From Thermoanaerobaculia bacterium (GTDB lineage: Bacteria > Acidobacteriota > Thermoanaerobaculia > UBA5066), in assembly GCA_035455045.1 (NCBI GenBank), contig DATIFW010000253.1, positions 1 through 54,725 on the forward strand: 54,725 nucleotides of DNA. Reading direction: 5' to 3'. This document shows positions 38,758 through 51,687 of this stretch, in pieces. The notes beneath the pieces are model-generated. The model made no database searches. It saw only the letters and a program-made list of their open reading frames with translations, and was not told the origin of the DNA. The first letter of the stretch is position 1. Each line of letters opens with the position of its first letter. Both the position numbers and the translations under genes were made by a program.

Positions 38758-40068
38758 TCACCGCAGCATGGAGCCGGAGCGCTCCACCAGGATCTCGAGC
38801 GCCTTCTTTCCGATGTCGCGCCGGAAGTGGGCGCCGTCGAAGCGGATCTTGCCCGCCGCTTCCTTCGCGGTCGCGAGGGCCTGAGAGAGGCCCCGCCCGC
38901 GGGCGCAGACGTTGAGAACCCGCCCGCCCGACGTCACGAGGCGGCCGTCGGGGGTCCGGGCCGTGCCCGCGTGGAAGACGAAGACGCCTTCCATGGCCTC
39001 GGCGTCCTCGATTCCGGAAATGACCCGGCCGCGCTCGAAGGGCCCCGGATAGCCTTCCGAGGTCATGACGAGCGCCGCGGTCGCCTCGCGCCTCCACCCG
39101 ATCTGCGCGTCCTCGTCGAAGCGGCCGCGCGCGGACCCCAGCAGGAGCGGGAGGAGGTCGCCGTCGAGCCGGAGGAGGACCGCCTGCGTCTCGGGATCTC
39201 CGAACCTCGCGTTGTATTCGAGGACGTACGGGTTCAGGCCCGCCTCCAGGATGAGGCCGACGAAGAGCACGCCCCGGAACGGGCGTCCCTCGTCCGCCAT
39301 GCCCTTGAGCGTCGGCTGCACGATGAAAGCGAGCACGTCGGACGCCGTGGACGCGTCGAGGAGAACCGACGGGCTGTGCGCGCCCATCCCGCCCGTGTTC
39401 GGTCCCCGGTCGCCGTCGAAGATCTTCTTGTAGTCCATCGCCGTGGCGAGCGGCAGCGCGCGCTCCCCGTCGCACAGGACCATGAAGCTCACCTCGTCTC
39501 CGGAGATGAACCGCTCCACCAGGATGCGGTCCCCCGCCGAGCCGAAGACGCGGTCCTCGAAGAAGAGCTTCAGCGCGCGCTCGGCTTCCTCGGCCTCCTG
39601 CGCCACGACGACGCCCTTCCCGGCCGCGAGGCCGTCCGCCTTGAAGACGCACGGCAGGCCGAACGATTTGAGCGCGCGCTCCGCCTCGCCGCGCGTCTGG
39701 CACACCTCGGCGTCCGGCGTCGGGATGCCGTACTTCTTCATGAAGAGCTTCGAGAAGACCTTCGAGCCCTCGAGCTCGGCCGCGAGACGGTTCGGCCCGA
39801 AGGCCGTGAGGCCGCGGCTGGAGAGCTCGTCCACGAGGCCGAGCGTGAGCGGCAGCTCGGGCCCGACGACGGTCAGGTCGATCTTCATCGACTCGGCGAA
39901 GTCCGCCAGCTCGACGATGTTCTCGACGCCGATCGGAAGACACGTCGCCTTCGATGCGATACCGGGATTCCCCGGTGCCGCGAAGATGTCCGTGACGCCC
40001 GGCGCCTGCGCGAGCTTCCACACGAGCGCGTGCTCGCGACCCCCGGAGCCGACGACGAGGATCCTCAT
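38758..40068 (-). CDS. purD: Phosphoribosylamine--glycine ligase
   Basis: 'MRILVVGSGGREHALVWKL', 'ADGLAAGKGVVV', 'GPNTGGMGAHSP', 'LEYNARFGDPETQ'. Start at ATG 40068. Confidence 0.95.
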   Translation of the reverse strand: MRILVVGSGGREHALVWKLAQAPGVTDIFAAPGNPGIASKATCLPIGVENIVELADFAESMKIDLTVVGPELPLTLGLVDELSSRGLTAFGPNRLAAELEGSKVFSKLFMKKYGIPTPDAEVCQTRGEAERALKSFGLPCVFKADGLAAGKGVVVAQEAEEAERALKLFFEDRVFGSAGDRILVERFISGDEVSFMVLCDGERALPLATAMDYKKIFDGDRGPNTGGMGAHSPSVLLDASTASDVLAFIVQPTLKGMADEGRPFRGVLFVGLILEAGLNPYVLEYNARFGDPETQAVLLRLDGDLLPLLLGSARGRFDEDAQIGWRREATAALVMTSEGYPGPFERGRVISGIEDAEAMEGVFVFHAGTARTPDGRLVTSGGRVLNVCARGRGLSQALATAKEAAGKIRFDGAHFRRDIGKKALEILVERSGSMLR

Positions 40069-40149
40069 CTGGTCAGGGACCAAGTCTAACCGACCGGGCC
40101 TTGACGGCCGCGCCCGGCACGCCGTACCCTGACGGCGGCTCTTTGACCG

Positions 40150-40285
40150 GGTTTCATCCAGAGCGGCGGAGGGACGGGCCCTGCGATGCCGCGGCAACCG
40201 GTCCGGTGCGCCCCGAAGGGCGGCGGACGCCAGGTGCCAAATCCCGCTCCGGACCGCACGATGCGGCCGGAGGAAGATGAGATCG
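40150..40285 (+). promoter_or_regulatory. SAM-I (S-box) riboswitch aptamer
   Basis: UUCAUCCAGAGCGGCGGAGGGACGGGCCCUGCGAUGCCGCGGCAACCGG...GGUGCCAAAUCCCGC...GGAAGAUGAGA. Contains the S-box hallmarks: P1 UCAUC/GAUGA, AGAG-GGNGGAGGGA kink-turn region, GGCCC, GGCAACC, GGUGCCAAAUCC. Confidence 0.85.
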
Positions 40286-40311
40286 AGGCCGAAAACGGCG
40301 CGGAGTCCCGC

Positions 40312-40339
40312 CGCCCCTTCGTCCTCGAAGGGGCGTTTT
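40312..40339 (+). terminator. Riboswitch expression-platform intrinsic terminator
   Basis: CGCCCCUUCG-UCCU-CGAAGGGGCG followed by UUUU, ending 1 nt before ATG 40341. The upstream GAAAACG (40291-40297) can pair with CGUUUUC (40334-40340) as an alternative structure. Confidence 0.75.
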
Positions 40340-40340
40340 C

Positions 40341-42233
40341 ATGAAGAAAGACATCCGGGAGCGGCTGAAGGCCGAGGTCCTCCTCACGGACGGGGCGATG
40401 GGGACGCTGCTCGTGTCACGAGGCGCGCCTGCCGAGGGCCCCCGCTCGCCGAACTCGGTCGCCGCGCCCGACCTCGTGCGCGAGATCCACGACGACTACG
40501 TGGCGGCGGGTTCGCAAGTCCTCTCCACGAACACGTGGGACGCGAACCGCGCGAAGCTCTCGCGGTTCGATTGGGCCGATTCGCTCGAGAAGATCAACCG
40601 CGCGGCCGTGAAACTCGCCCGCGCCGCGGCCGAGGGGGAATACGTCTACGTGGCGGGATCCGTCGGCCCGCTCGGACAGCTCGTGAAACCCTATGGCCCG
40701 CTCACGCGCCTCCACGTGCGCGAGCTCTTCACGGAGCAGATCCGGATCCTCCTCGAGGAGGGCGTGGACCTCCTGTCCTTCGAGACGTTCTCTTCGACGC
40801 TCGAGGCCACCGAGGCCGTCCGCGCCGCGCGCGCCCTGTCGAACCAAATCCCGATCGCCGCCTCGATGACGTTCCTCTCGGACGGCAAGACGAGCTTCGG
40901 CGAGGACGCCGCGGACGCGCTCCGGGCGCTCGTCGCGGCGGGCGCCGATGTCGTCGGGATGAACTGCACGGTCGGGCCCCAGGAGGCCTTCGAGATCTTC
41001 TCTCGCGTCGCGGGGTCGGTCGACGTGCCCGTCTCCGTGCGGCCGAACGCCGGATATCCGTGGGTCGTCTCGGGGCGCACCGTCTACCCCGCCACGCCCG
41101 ATTACTTCCGCCAGAGTGCGCGGGATTTCCTGCGCGCCGGCGCGGCGCTCGTCGGAGGCTGCTGCGGCACCGCCCCCGAGCACGTCGCCGCGATGGCGCG
41201 CGAGATCGCGGGGAAGGCGCGCGCTGTGCCGGCTCCCGCCCCGGTCGAACGCGTCGTCGTGACGGAAGGCCGCGCGGCGCGCCCGAAGGAAGCGCCGCTC
41301 GAGACCTCGGCCCTGAAGCGCAAGCTCGCCGACTCGCACGCTCTCGTCGTGACGGTCGAGGTCGAGCCGCCGAAAGGCATCGACGCCTCGGCGGCCGTGG
41401 ACGGCGCGCGCACGCTGAGGGCCCTCGGCGTGGACGCCATCAACATCACGGACAACCCGATGGCGCGGCTCAGGATGTCGTCCATCGCCGTCGCCCATCT
41501 CATCCGGACCGAGACGGGCGCCGAGACGATCTTCCATTTCTCGCCGCGCGACCGGAACGTGCTCGGCATCCAGTCGGACTTGCTGGGCGCGGCCGGGCTC
41601 GGCATCAAGGCGCTCCTCGTCGTGGGCGGCGACCCGCTGAAGATCGGCGATTACCCCCAGGCCAAGCCGGTGGGCGAGGTCGACACGCTCGGCCTCCTGC
41701 GCATCGTGCGGGGCCTGAACGCGGGCACGGATCTCGCCGGCGGCGCGATCGGCTCGGCCACGTCCTTCGCGATCGCATGCGCGGCGAATCCCGCGGCGCG
41801 GGACCTCGACGTCGAGATCTCGAAGCTCTCGGCCAAGATCGAGGCGGGCGCCACGTTCGCGCAGACGCAGCCCGTCTACGACGTGGCCGCACTCGACCGC
41901 TTCTACGCGCGTGCCGAGGCGCACGCGATCCCCGTCCTCATCGGCCTCATTCCGCCGAAGGGCCTGAAGCAGGCCCTCTATCTCGCGAACGAGGTTCCGG
42001 GCATGGTCGTGCCCGAGGAGATCCTCACGAGGATGCGCCGCGCGGCCGAGAAAGGCCCCGAGTTCGAGGAGGAAGAAGGCCTCGCGATCGCCGTCGAGCT
42101 CGCGCGCGCGATCGGCGAGCGCTCGCGCGGCCTTCACATCATGCCGATGGCGCGTTACGAGGCGGTGAAGCGGATCGTCGAGGCGCTCGGTCTCGGACAG
42201 GCCGGCGACCGGCCTGCGAGGGCCGTCTCGTGA
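40341..42233 (+). CDS. Bifunctional homocysteine S-methyltransferase / 5,10-methylenetetrahydrofolate reductase (YitJ-type fusion)
   Basis: N-terminal half: 'LLTDGAMGTLL', 'VGMNCTVGP', 'LVGGCCGTAPEHVAAM'. C-terminal half: MetF/MTHFR TIM barrel 'VTVEVEPPKG', 'INITDNPMA', 'AQTQPVYD'. Confidence 0.9.
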   Translation: MKKDIRERLKAEVLLTDGAMGTLLVSRGAPAEGPRSPNSVAAPDLVREIHDDYVAAGSQVLSTNTWDANRAKLSRFDWADSLEKINRAAVKLARAAAEGEYVYVAGSVGPLGQLVKPYGPLTRLHVRELFTEQIRILLEEGVDLLSFETFSSTLEATEAVRAARALSNQIPIAASMTFLSDGKTSFGEDAADALRALVAAGADVVGMNCTVGPQEAFEIFSRVAGSVDVPVSVRPNAGYPWVVSGRTVYPATPDYFRQSARDFLRAGAALVGGCCGTAPEHVAAMAREIAGKARAVPAPAPVERVVVTEGRAARPKEAPLETSALKRKLADSHALVVTVEVEPPKGIDASAAVDGARTLRALGVDAINITDNPMARLRMSSIAVAHLIRTETGAETIFHFSPRDRNVLGIQSDLLGAAGLGIKALLVVGGDPLKIGDYPQAKPVGEVDTLGLLRIVRGLNAGTDLAGGAIGSATSFAIACAANPAARDLDVEISKLSAKIEAGATFAQTQPVYDVAALDRFYARAEAHAIPVLIGLIPPKGLKQALYLANEVPGMVVPEEILTRMRRAAEKGPEFEEEEGLAIAVELARAIGERSRGLHIMPMARYEAVKRIVEALGLGQAGDRPARAVS

Positions 42234-43902
42234 AGATCGCCTTCATCGTCATGGCCGTCGCGATCCTCGGATGCGCTCGGACGCGCCGGGAGAAAGAGAG
42301 CGACGTCTCGTACGAGATGCGCGGCCGCAAGACGATCGGTCAGTCGACGGGCGCCCCGCCGGCCCCCGCCTTCATCGGCAGAGGCATCATCGCCCCGACG
42401 CCCCGGGCGCTCGGCGCGCTTCCCCGGTTCGGCGCCGAGACTCCCATCCCTGCGGTGCTTCCCGCGTTCGTCGGCTCGGCGATTCGCGGTCCGGATGGCC
42501 ATGCGCCGCAGACCGCGGACAAGCTCGTTCTGCTCGCCCTGCTCAAGGCGCGGCGCTTCGGGGACCTCGACAGGTGCTTCGAGGACTACCAGACCGCGTT
42601 CGAGCTGGACGCGCGCAACGAGTACTGGCCCACGGACGCCCTCGAAGCGTTTCGGACCGCAGATGCCGGCATCGGGATGCTCGTGGGCGACTGGGTCGAC
42701 GAGTCTCCGAAGCCCTGGGCGGCGTTCGCGGCTCGCGGCGCGCAACGCCACGCGCTCGCGTGGAGCCTGCGGGGAGGTGGTTACGCCGACACCGTTTCGG
42801 ATGCGGTCTTCGCGGAGTTTCATCGCCACGAAATCGCGGCGGCCGAGGACCTGCGCAAGGCCATCAAGCGCCGCCCGCGGTTCATCGCCGCGCATTACGT
42901 CCTCATCCAAATCCTCCGGGGAAGCCCCGCCGCGCGCCGGGTGCTGGATGAGGCGCTCGAGGCCTGTCCGGAATGCTTCCAGCCGCGTGCGGCGTACCTC
43001 GACGCGCTCTCACCGAAATGGGGAGGTTCCTACGAAGAGATGGAGGCGTTCGTGCGCGAGGCGATCGCCTCCAATCCCAGCCCGCGCCTGAAGCTGCTTC
43101 GCGGATTCATCCTCACGGAACGCGCGGCACAGGCGATGAACGAGAACAATCCAGCTCAGGCAATGGCCTTCGAGAACGAGGCGCTCGGGGCAGGCGAGCA
43201 CTGGGGCGCTCTCTACAGGCGCGCCGTGATCGCTTCCAGTCTCGGGCAGCCCGCGGCCGCGCTCATCGACCTCGACCGCGCCTTCGAGCTGCGTCCCCAG
43301 GCGGCGTCCCTGGCCGATTTCCGCGCGCAGGTGCGCGCCAAACTCGGGCAGGTCGAGCTGGCGATCCAGGACTTCGACCTGGCACGGAGACTGGATCCCG
43401 CGCGCCCGCGTCCCGAACAGTACGCCCAGCTCGCGGACACGCTCGTCCGCCGGAGCAACGACGCGCTCGCGACCGGCGGAACCGAACGAGCGGGGGCGCT
43501 GCGCACGCTCGCGGACAATCTGAAATCGGCCGCCGCGCCTCCCGGCGCGGCAGCCCCGTACGTGCCTCTCACCCCGACAGCGGAAGTTTTCACGGATCCG
43601 GGCGCGGCTTTGCGCGCGCAGATCGCCTCGCTGCCGGACGACTACGCCGCCTACCGCCGGCTCGGCTTTCCGCTCCTGAACGCGCGGCGGTCGCAGGAGC
43701 TCGAGGAGCTTTGGACTTCGTGGGTCCAGAAGCATCCGGACGACCCTCGCGGGTACTGGGAGCGGCATACCGCCTACTCACAGCGGCGCGACTTCGAGCG
43801 CCGGGACGAAGACCTGCGGCAGGCGTGCACGCTCGGTCACGCGGAGGCATGCCGCACGCAGGAGATCAACGCGGCGTTACGCGCCCGCAGGGCGGGAGAA
43901 CG

Positions 43903-43906
<4 letters not shown>
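42230..43906 (+). CDS. Lipoprotein with helical-repeat (TPR / DUF4034-like) region
   Basis: GTG 42230 overlaps the upstream stop (GTGA). Lipobox 'MAVAILGC'. Helical repeats ('[45 protein letters not shown]'). Its stop overlaps the metH ATG (ATGA). The DUF4034 resemblance is from memory only. Confidence 0.65.
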
Positions 43907-47610
<3,704 letters not shown>

Positions 47611-47759
47611 CAGCCTGGCCGAATCGTTCCCGGTCACGCTCATGGAAGAGCGCATCCCTTCGACGAGCACTGCCGGTCACACCGGGAACCTTCGGAAAGT
47701 CTAATGGGATTGGGGGCCGAGCCTTCGAGGTTCCACTGCGACTCGGAAGGAGAGACATC

Positions 47760-48167
47760 ATGAAAAGCTTCGACGTGCAGGGCATTGCCTTGGACGTTCC
47801 CCGAGAAGAGGCGTTCGCTTTCATCGCCGATCCGGGGTATTTGCCAAGGTGGACGAGCGCCTTCGCCTCGGCAACGACCAGACAGGCCGTGCTCCGTACC
47901 CCGCGCGGCGAGGTCAGGATCAAGCTCGAGGTGAAGGCATCGGCCGAGCAGGGAACCGTGGACTGGAAGATGACGTTTCCCGACGGCAACGTGGCAACCG
48001 CCTTCTCGCGGATCGTGGAGATCGACCGGGCACGTTGCGTCTTCAGCTTCATCCTCACTCCACCGCCCGTCCCGCTGGAGGATCTCGAAGGCGCGCTCGA
48101 AGCGCAGTCGCGTACCCTTGCCGGGGAGCTCGCGAACCTGAAGCGGATACTCGATCACCATGGTTGA
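47760..48167 (+). CDS. SRPBCC (START/polyketide-cyclase-like) small protein
   Basis: 135 aa. RBS GGAAGGAGAG before ATG 47760. 'FAFIADPGYLPRWTSAF' has the typical SRPBCC N-terminal beta-alpha pattern. Its 3' end overlaps the sigma-factor start by 8 nt. Confidence 0.7.
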   Translation: MKSFDVQGIALDVPREEAFAFIADPGYLPRWTSAFASATTRQAVLRTPRGEVRIKLEVKASAEQGTVDWKMTFPDGNVATAFSRIVEIDRARCVFSFILTPPPVPLEDLEGALEAQSRTLAGELANLKRILDHHG

Positions 48168-49035
48168 GAGCACATTCCCCGGGCGCGGTCCGAGCGTCAT
48201 CGACGTCGATCGAGCAAGGCAGGGAGACCGTGTTGCTCTCGAGTCGGTGATGAGCGCCGTGCAACGAGACGTATACAACCTGGCGCTTCGCTTCCTCTGG
48301 CACCCCCAGGACGCGGAGGACGCCACGCAGGAGATCCTCATTCGAATCCTCACGGGTCTGAGCGGTTTCCGGGGAGAGAGCGGTTTTCGGACGTGGGTAT
48401 ACCGCATTGCCTGCAATTCGCTGCTGACGTTGCGCAAGCAGCGCATGGAGAAGCACTCCGTCACCTTCGAGGAGTTCGGCGAGGATCTCTCCCGCGGTCT
48501 GCCCAACGACTCTCTTGTCGTGGAGTCCGACGTGAACGAGAAGTTGCTGCTGGAGGAGGTCAAGATCGGCTGCACTCTGGCCATGCTGCTGTGTCTGGAC
48601 CGAGACCATCGCCTCGCCTATGTCCTCGGCGAGGTCCTCGAACTGGGTCACAGGGAAGCAGCCGCAGCCCTGGAGATAGCGCCGGGGACGTACCGAAAAC
48701 GGCTGTCGCGAGCTCGAGCGGCCATTACTTCGTTCATGACCTCTCGATGCGGACTGGCGAACCCGGTCAATGCCTGCCGATGTCGTCGACGGGTTACGAC
48801 CGCCGTGGCCAGCGGCCGCGTCGTTCCGTCCCATCTGCTGTTCGCTTCCTCACGGGAGAAGGCGAGGCGGTTTCCGCAAGTCTTGGCCCAGATCCGCCAG
48901 CTGGAGGACACTCGTCGTGCGGCCGCGTTGTATCGGTCGCACCCGGAGGCAACGCCGTCAGACGCGTTCGTGTCCTGGCTGAAACGGCTGCTCGATGAAA
49001 AACCAGATGGCCACGCCTGGAATCAAGGTGTCTAG
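48160..49035 (+). CDS. ECF-type sigma-70 factor with a ~110-aa C-terminal extension beginning with a Cys cluster
   Basis: Region 2 'DAEDATQEILIRIL...FRTWVYRIACNSLL'. Region 4 'LAYVLGEVLELGHREAAAALEIAPGTYRKRLSRAR'. Then 'SRCGLANPVNACRCRRRV' and a further ~90 aa. Confidence 0.85.
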   Translation: MVESTFPGRGPSVIDVDRARQGDRVALESVMSAVQRDVYNLALRFLWHPQDAEDATQEILIRILTGLSGFRGESGFRTWVYRIACNSLLTLRKQRMEKHSVTFEEFGEDLSRGLPNDSLVVESDVNEKLLLEEVKIGCTLAMLLCLDRDHRLAYVLGEVLELGHREAAAALEIAPGTYRKRLSRARAAITSFMTSRCGLANPVNACRCRRRVTTAVASGRVVPSHLLFASSREKARRFPQVLAQIRQLEDTRRAAALYRSHPEATPSDAFVSWLKRLLDEKPDGHAWNQGV

Positions 49036-49508
49036 CCCCCCGCCCCCGCTCCCATCGCGGCCATGCGCTTCTTCATCTCCTCCGGGGTGACGTCCTCGAC
49101 GTGCGTCGCGATGCCCCAGGAGTGTCCGAAGGGGTCGGTGAGCTTGCCGTAGCGGTCGCCCCAGAACATGTCGGCCGGCGGCGCTTCGGCCTTCGCACCG
49201 GCGGCCGTGGCCTTCTTGAACACGGCATCGACGTCGGGGACGTAGAGCATGATGCTGACGGGTGTGCCGCCGAGGGCCTCGGGCGACTTCGCGTTCTGCT
49301 CGGGATTCTCGTCGCCGAGCATCACCATCGAGTCACCGATGAGGATCTCGGCGTGCATGACCTTCCCGTCGGGCCCGGGCATCCTGACCTTCTCCTGAGC
49401 GCCGAACGCGCGGGCGTAGAAGTCGAGGGCCTTTGCGGCTCCGCGGATGCAGAGATAGGGCGTGACGGTGTGATAGCCCTCGGGAACCGGATTGACTTTA
49501 GATGCCAT
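49032..49508 (-). CDS. VOC/glyoxalase-family protein (PhnB-like)
   Basis: 'GYHTVTPYLCIRGAAKALDFYARAFGA', 'VMHAEILIGDSMVMLGDE', 'FWGDRYGKLTDPFGHSWGIATH'. Confidence 0.85.
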   Translation of the reverse strand: MASKVNPVPEGYHTVTPYLCIRGAAKALDFYARAFGAQEKVRMPGPDGKVMHAEILIGDSMVMLGDENPEQNAKSPEALGGTPVSIMLYVPDVDAVFKKATAAGAKAEAPPADMFWGDRYGKLTDPFGHSWGIATHVEDVTPEEMKKRMAAMGAGAGG

Positions 49509-49590
49509 GAGTTCCTCTCCTTTCGTCCGAAAAGACATGCAAATGCGACGCCCGCGGCATGAGTTTTCACAGTCGTTCGCTCTCGAGGTC

Positions 49591-49941
49591 TCAGGCTTCC
49601 GCCGGGCGCGCTCGGCGCCCATATCGGGCCGTCGCGTACCCCGTGAGGAGCCCGACGATCGCCCCCGGCAGCATGATCTCGAAGTAGTACTTGCCCTGCA
49701 TGCGCGCAATGAAGTAGGCGAAGAGGAGCCCGAGCGCCGTTCCGAAGATGAGCGTGGCCGGCATGGACTCGACCTTGCGGGCGAAGAGGCCGATCAAAAC
49801 TCCCGCGACGAGGCCCTTGAACGTGGAACCCATCACGATCCCCGCGATCTCGGACCTCGCCTCCGGCGTGAACCAGGCCGTGAGGCCGTCGAGAGCCCCG
49901 AGCCCCGCCCCCACGAGCAACCCGAGCAGCACCTTGTTCAT
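49591..49941 (-). CDS. Small Gly-rich integral membrane protein (3-4 TM helices)
   Basis: 'MNKVLLGLLVGAGLGALDGL', 'IAGIVMGSTFKGLVAGVLIGLF', 'LIFGTALGLLFAYFI', 'LPGAIVGLLTGY'. Coherent hydrophobic periodicity. No family assigned. Confidence 0.6.
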   Translation of the reverse strand: MNKVLLGLLVGAGLGALDGLTAWFTPEARSEIAGIVMGSTFKGLVAGVLIGLFARKVESMPATLIFGTALGLLFAYFIARMQGKYYFEIMLPGAIVGLLTGYATARYGRRARPAEA

Positions 49942-49984
49942 CGTGTCCTCCTGAGTCTTCTATTCAACGCGCCCGGAAATTCCT

Positions 49985-50887
49985 TTAGCGGCGAAGCAGG
50001 ATGAAGAGGCCGCGCGTCAGGAGATACGCCGCGACGAGCCCGACCGCCACGCGGTGGCGCCTTACGAGCCGGCCGGCGCGCTCGAGGGGCCCTTCGGCGT
50101 GGGCCTCGACGCGCTCTCCGTCGAGCAGCCTCGTCACGTCCGCCGCGAGAGCCAGGACGTCGGGATAGCGCTCGTCCCTCTCCGCCGCCGTCGCCCGCGC
50201 CACGATTGCCACGAGCGCCTTCGGCCGGGGAGGCGCCGGCGCGACACGGAGCATCGCGTCGAGAAGCGCCCCGAGGCCGTAGACGTCCGCCCGCGCGTCG
50301 ACGGGCCCGGCCGCGGCCTGTTCGGGCGCCATGAATCCGGGAGTGCCCGACGCGTCCCCGAGCTCGCGGGCCTCGAGCGACCGCGCGAGACCCCAGTCGA
50401 GGACGAGCACTTCGCCGAACGGCCCCACCATCACGTTCGAAGGCTTGAGATCGCGATGGATGACGCCGTTCGCATGCGCGAACGCCACGGGCTCGCACAC
50501 CCTCAGAAAGAGGCGAAGCCGCTCCGGAAGCGTCGTGAGCCGGGCGAGAGCCGCGTCGAGACGCTCCCCCTGGACGAGCTTCATCGCGTAGAAGGCGCGG
50601 CCGTCCGGCAGCCGGCCCGCGTCGTGGACGGGCACGAGGCCGGGATGCTCGAGCCGGGCGAGGACCCGCGCTTCGGAGAGAAGCGCTTCGGCGGGACTTT
50701 CGCCGTCGAAGGGCACTTCCACGACCTTGACCGCGAGACGTCGTTTCAGCACCTCGTCCTCGACCTCGAAGACGGCTCCCATGCCGCCTCTTCCGATCGG
50801 GCCGACGAGCCGGTAGCGCGTCCCCGAAAGATCGGGAGTCCTCACGGCGTCGCGCAGCCGGTCCAGCGCCGCGTCTTTCAGCCTCAC
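49985..50887 (-). CDS. Short Ser/Thr protein kinase with a C-terminal TM anchor
   Basis: 'IGRGGMGAVFEVED...LAVKVV', 'HRDLKPSNVMV', 'DWGLAR', 'GTPGFMAPEQ', C-terminal 'VAVGLVAAYLLTRGLFILL'. GTG 50887 overlaps the sigma-factor stop (GTGA). Confidence 0.85.
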   Translation of the reverse strand: MRLKDAALDRLRDAVRTPDLSGTRYRLVGPIGRGGMGAVFEVEDEVLKRRLAVKVVEVPFDGESPAEALLSEARVLARLEHPGLVPVHDAGRLPDGRAFYAMKLVQGERLDAALARLTTLPERLRLFLRVCEPVAFAHANGVIHRDLKPSNVMVGPFGEVLVLDWGLARSLEARELGDASGTPGFMAPEQAAAGPVDARADVYGLGALLDAMLRVAPAPPRPKALVAIVARATAAERDERYPDVLALAADVTRLLDGERVEAHAEGPLERAGRLVRRHRVAVGLVAAYLLTRGLFILLRR

Positions 50888-51612
50888 GCGGGCGGCTCCA
50901 CGCCCAGAAGTGCCCGTGCTTCCGCCCGGAACTCCGCGTCCGAGACGGTCAGCTCGCGCAGGAGATCGAGAAGGATGCGGCGGAAGTCGCGCCGCGCCGC
51001 CGCAAGCTGGTTCGTGACGTCGACGGCGCTCGTCTCGAACCTCCGGGCGAGATCCTCGTAGCGCGGCCGCTCCACGGCCGCGTCGCCTTCGAGGTCGTAG
51101 GCCGAAAAGAGCGCGAAACGAAGCGCGTGCCCATCCGCGGTGCACCTTTCGTCGAAGCGCTCGACCGCCATCGAGAAGACGCTCCGCACCCATTCCTTTT
51201 CGAAGAAATCTTCCGGTGAGAGCTCGCCCTCTCCCGAACGCTCCTCGACCTCGCGACGGACCGTCTCGAAGTCCAGCGAAAGCACACTGATCCCGCCCCC
51301 GCGCTTCAATCGATTTCGGGCCTTCCACTCGTTCGCGACGAGACCGTCCACGAGGACGCGCAGGTAAGTCCTGAGGCGCGCTTTCGAAGGGTCGAACCTC
51401 TCCAGCCACTCCTTCTCGACGAGCCGCGCGAAGAACTCCTGCGTCAGGTCCGCCGCTTCGTCGTGCTCCCGCCCTGCCTTCAGGCGGACGTACGTGTAGA
51501 CGGGTTTCCAGTAGGCCTCCGCGAGCGTCTCGAGCGCGCGGGCCCGCGCCTCGCCGTCGCCGCTCTTCACCGCGGCGACGAGCGATCCGCGCGTGTCCGG
51601 AAAACGCGTCAT
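50884..51612 (-). CDS. ECF-like sigma factor of the Ser/Thr-kinase-associated type (ECF43-like)
   Basis: 'YWKPVYTYVRLKAGREHDEAADLTQEFFARLVE' (region 2-like) and 'YEDLARRFETSAVDVTNQLAAARRDFRRIL' (region 4 HTH-like). Translationally coupled to the kinase. Confidence 0.7.
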   Translation of the reverse strand: MTRFPDTRGSLVAAVKSGDGEARARALETLAEAYWKPVYTYVRLKAGREHDEAADLTQEFFARLVEKEWLERFDPSKARLRTYLRVLVDGLVANEWKARNRLKRGGGISVLSLDFETVRREVEERSGEGELSPEDFFEKEWVRSVFSMAVERFDERCTADGHALRFALFSAYDLEGDAAVERPRYEDLARRFETSAVDVTNQLAAARRDFRRILLDLLRELTVSDAEFRAEARALLGVEPPA

Positions 51613-51687
51613 GAGCGCCGAAACGCTAGCACGCTGCGGTGAGATATATTCTTAATCGCTTCAAAATCCTCGTACAAAGGGTGAGCC

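Noticed and set aside
40154-40387. 77-aa minus-strand ORF in the purD/Hcy-MT spacer.
   Set aside because: The region folds as a SAM-I riboswitch plus terminator on the plus strand. The ORF is Arg/Pro-rich.
40277-42229. N-terminal 651 codons of the 1209-aa ORF 40277-43906.
   Set aside because: This part is out of frame with the well-supported Hcy-MT/MTHFR gene and is Arg/Gly-rich. The credible protein starts at GTG 42230 with a lipoprotein signal.
47611-47759. Possible ECF-type promoter (GGGAACC ... GTCTAAT) upstream of the SRPBCC/sigma operon.
   Set aside because: The spacing between the GAAC-like and GTC-like elements is about 10 nt, too short for the usual 16-17 nt. I cannot support it by eye.
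49032-49035. The convergent sigma-factor and VOC genes share overlapping stop codons in the palindrome CTAG.
   Set aside because: The observation is real but trivial. It only shows there is no room for a terminator between them.
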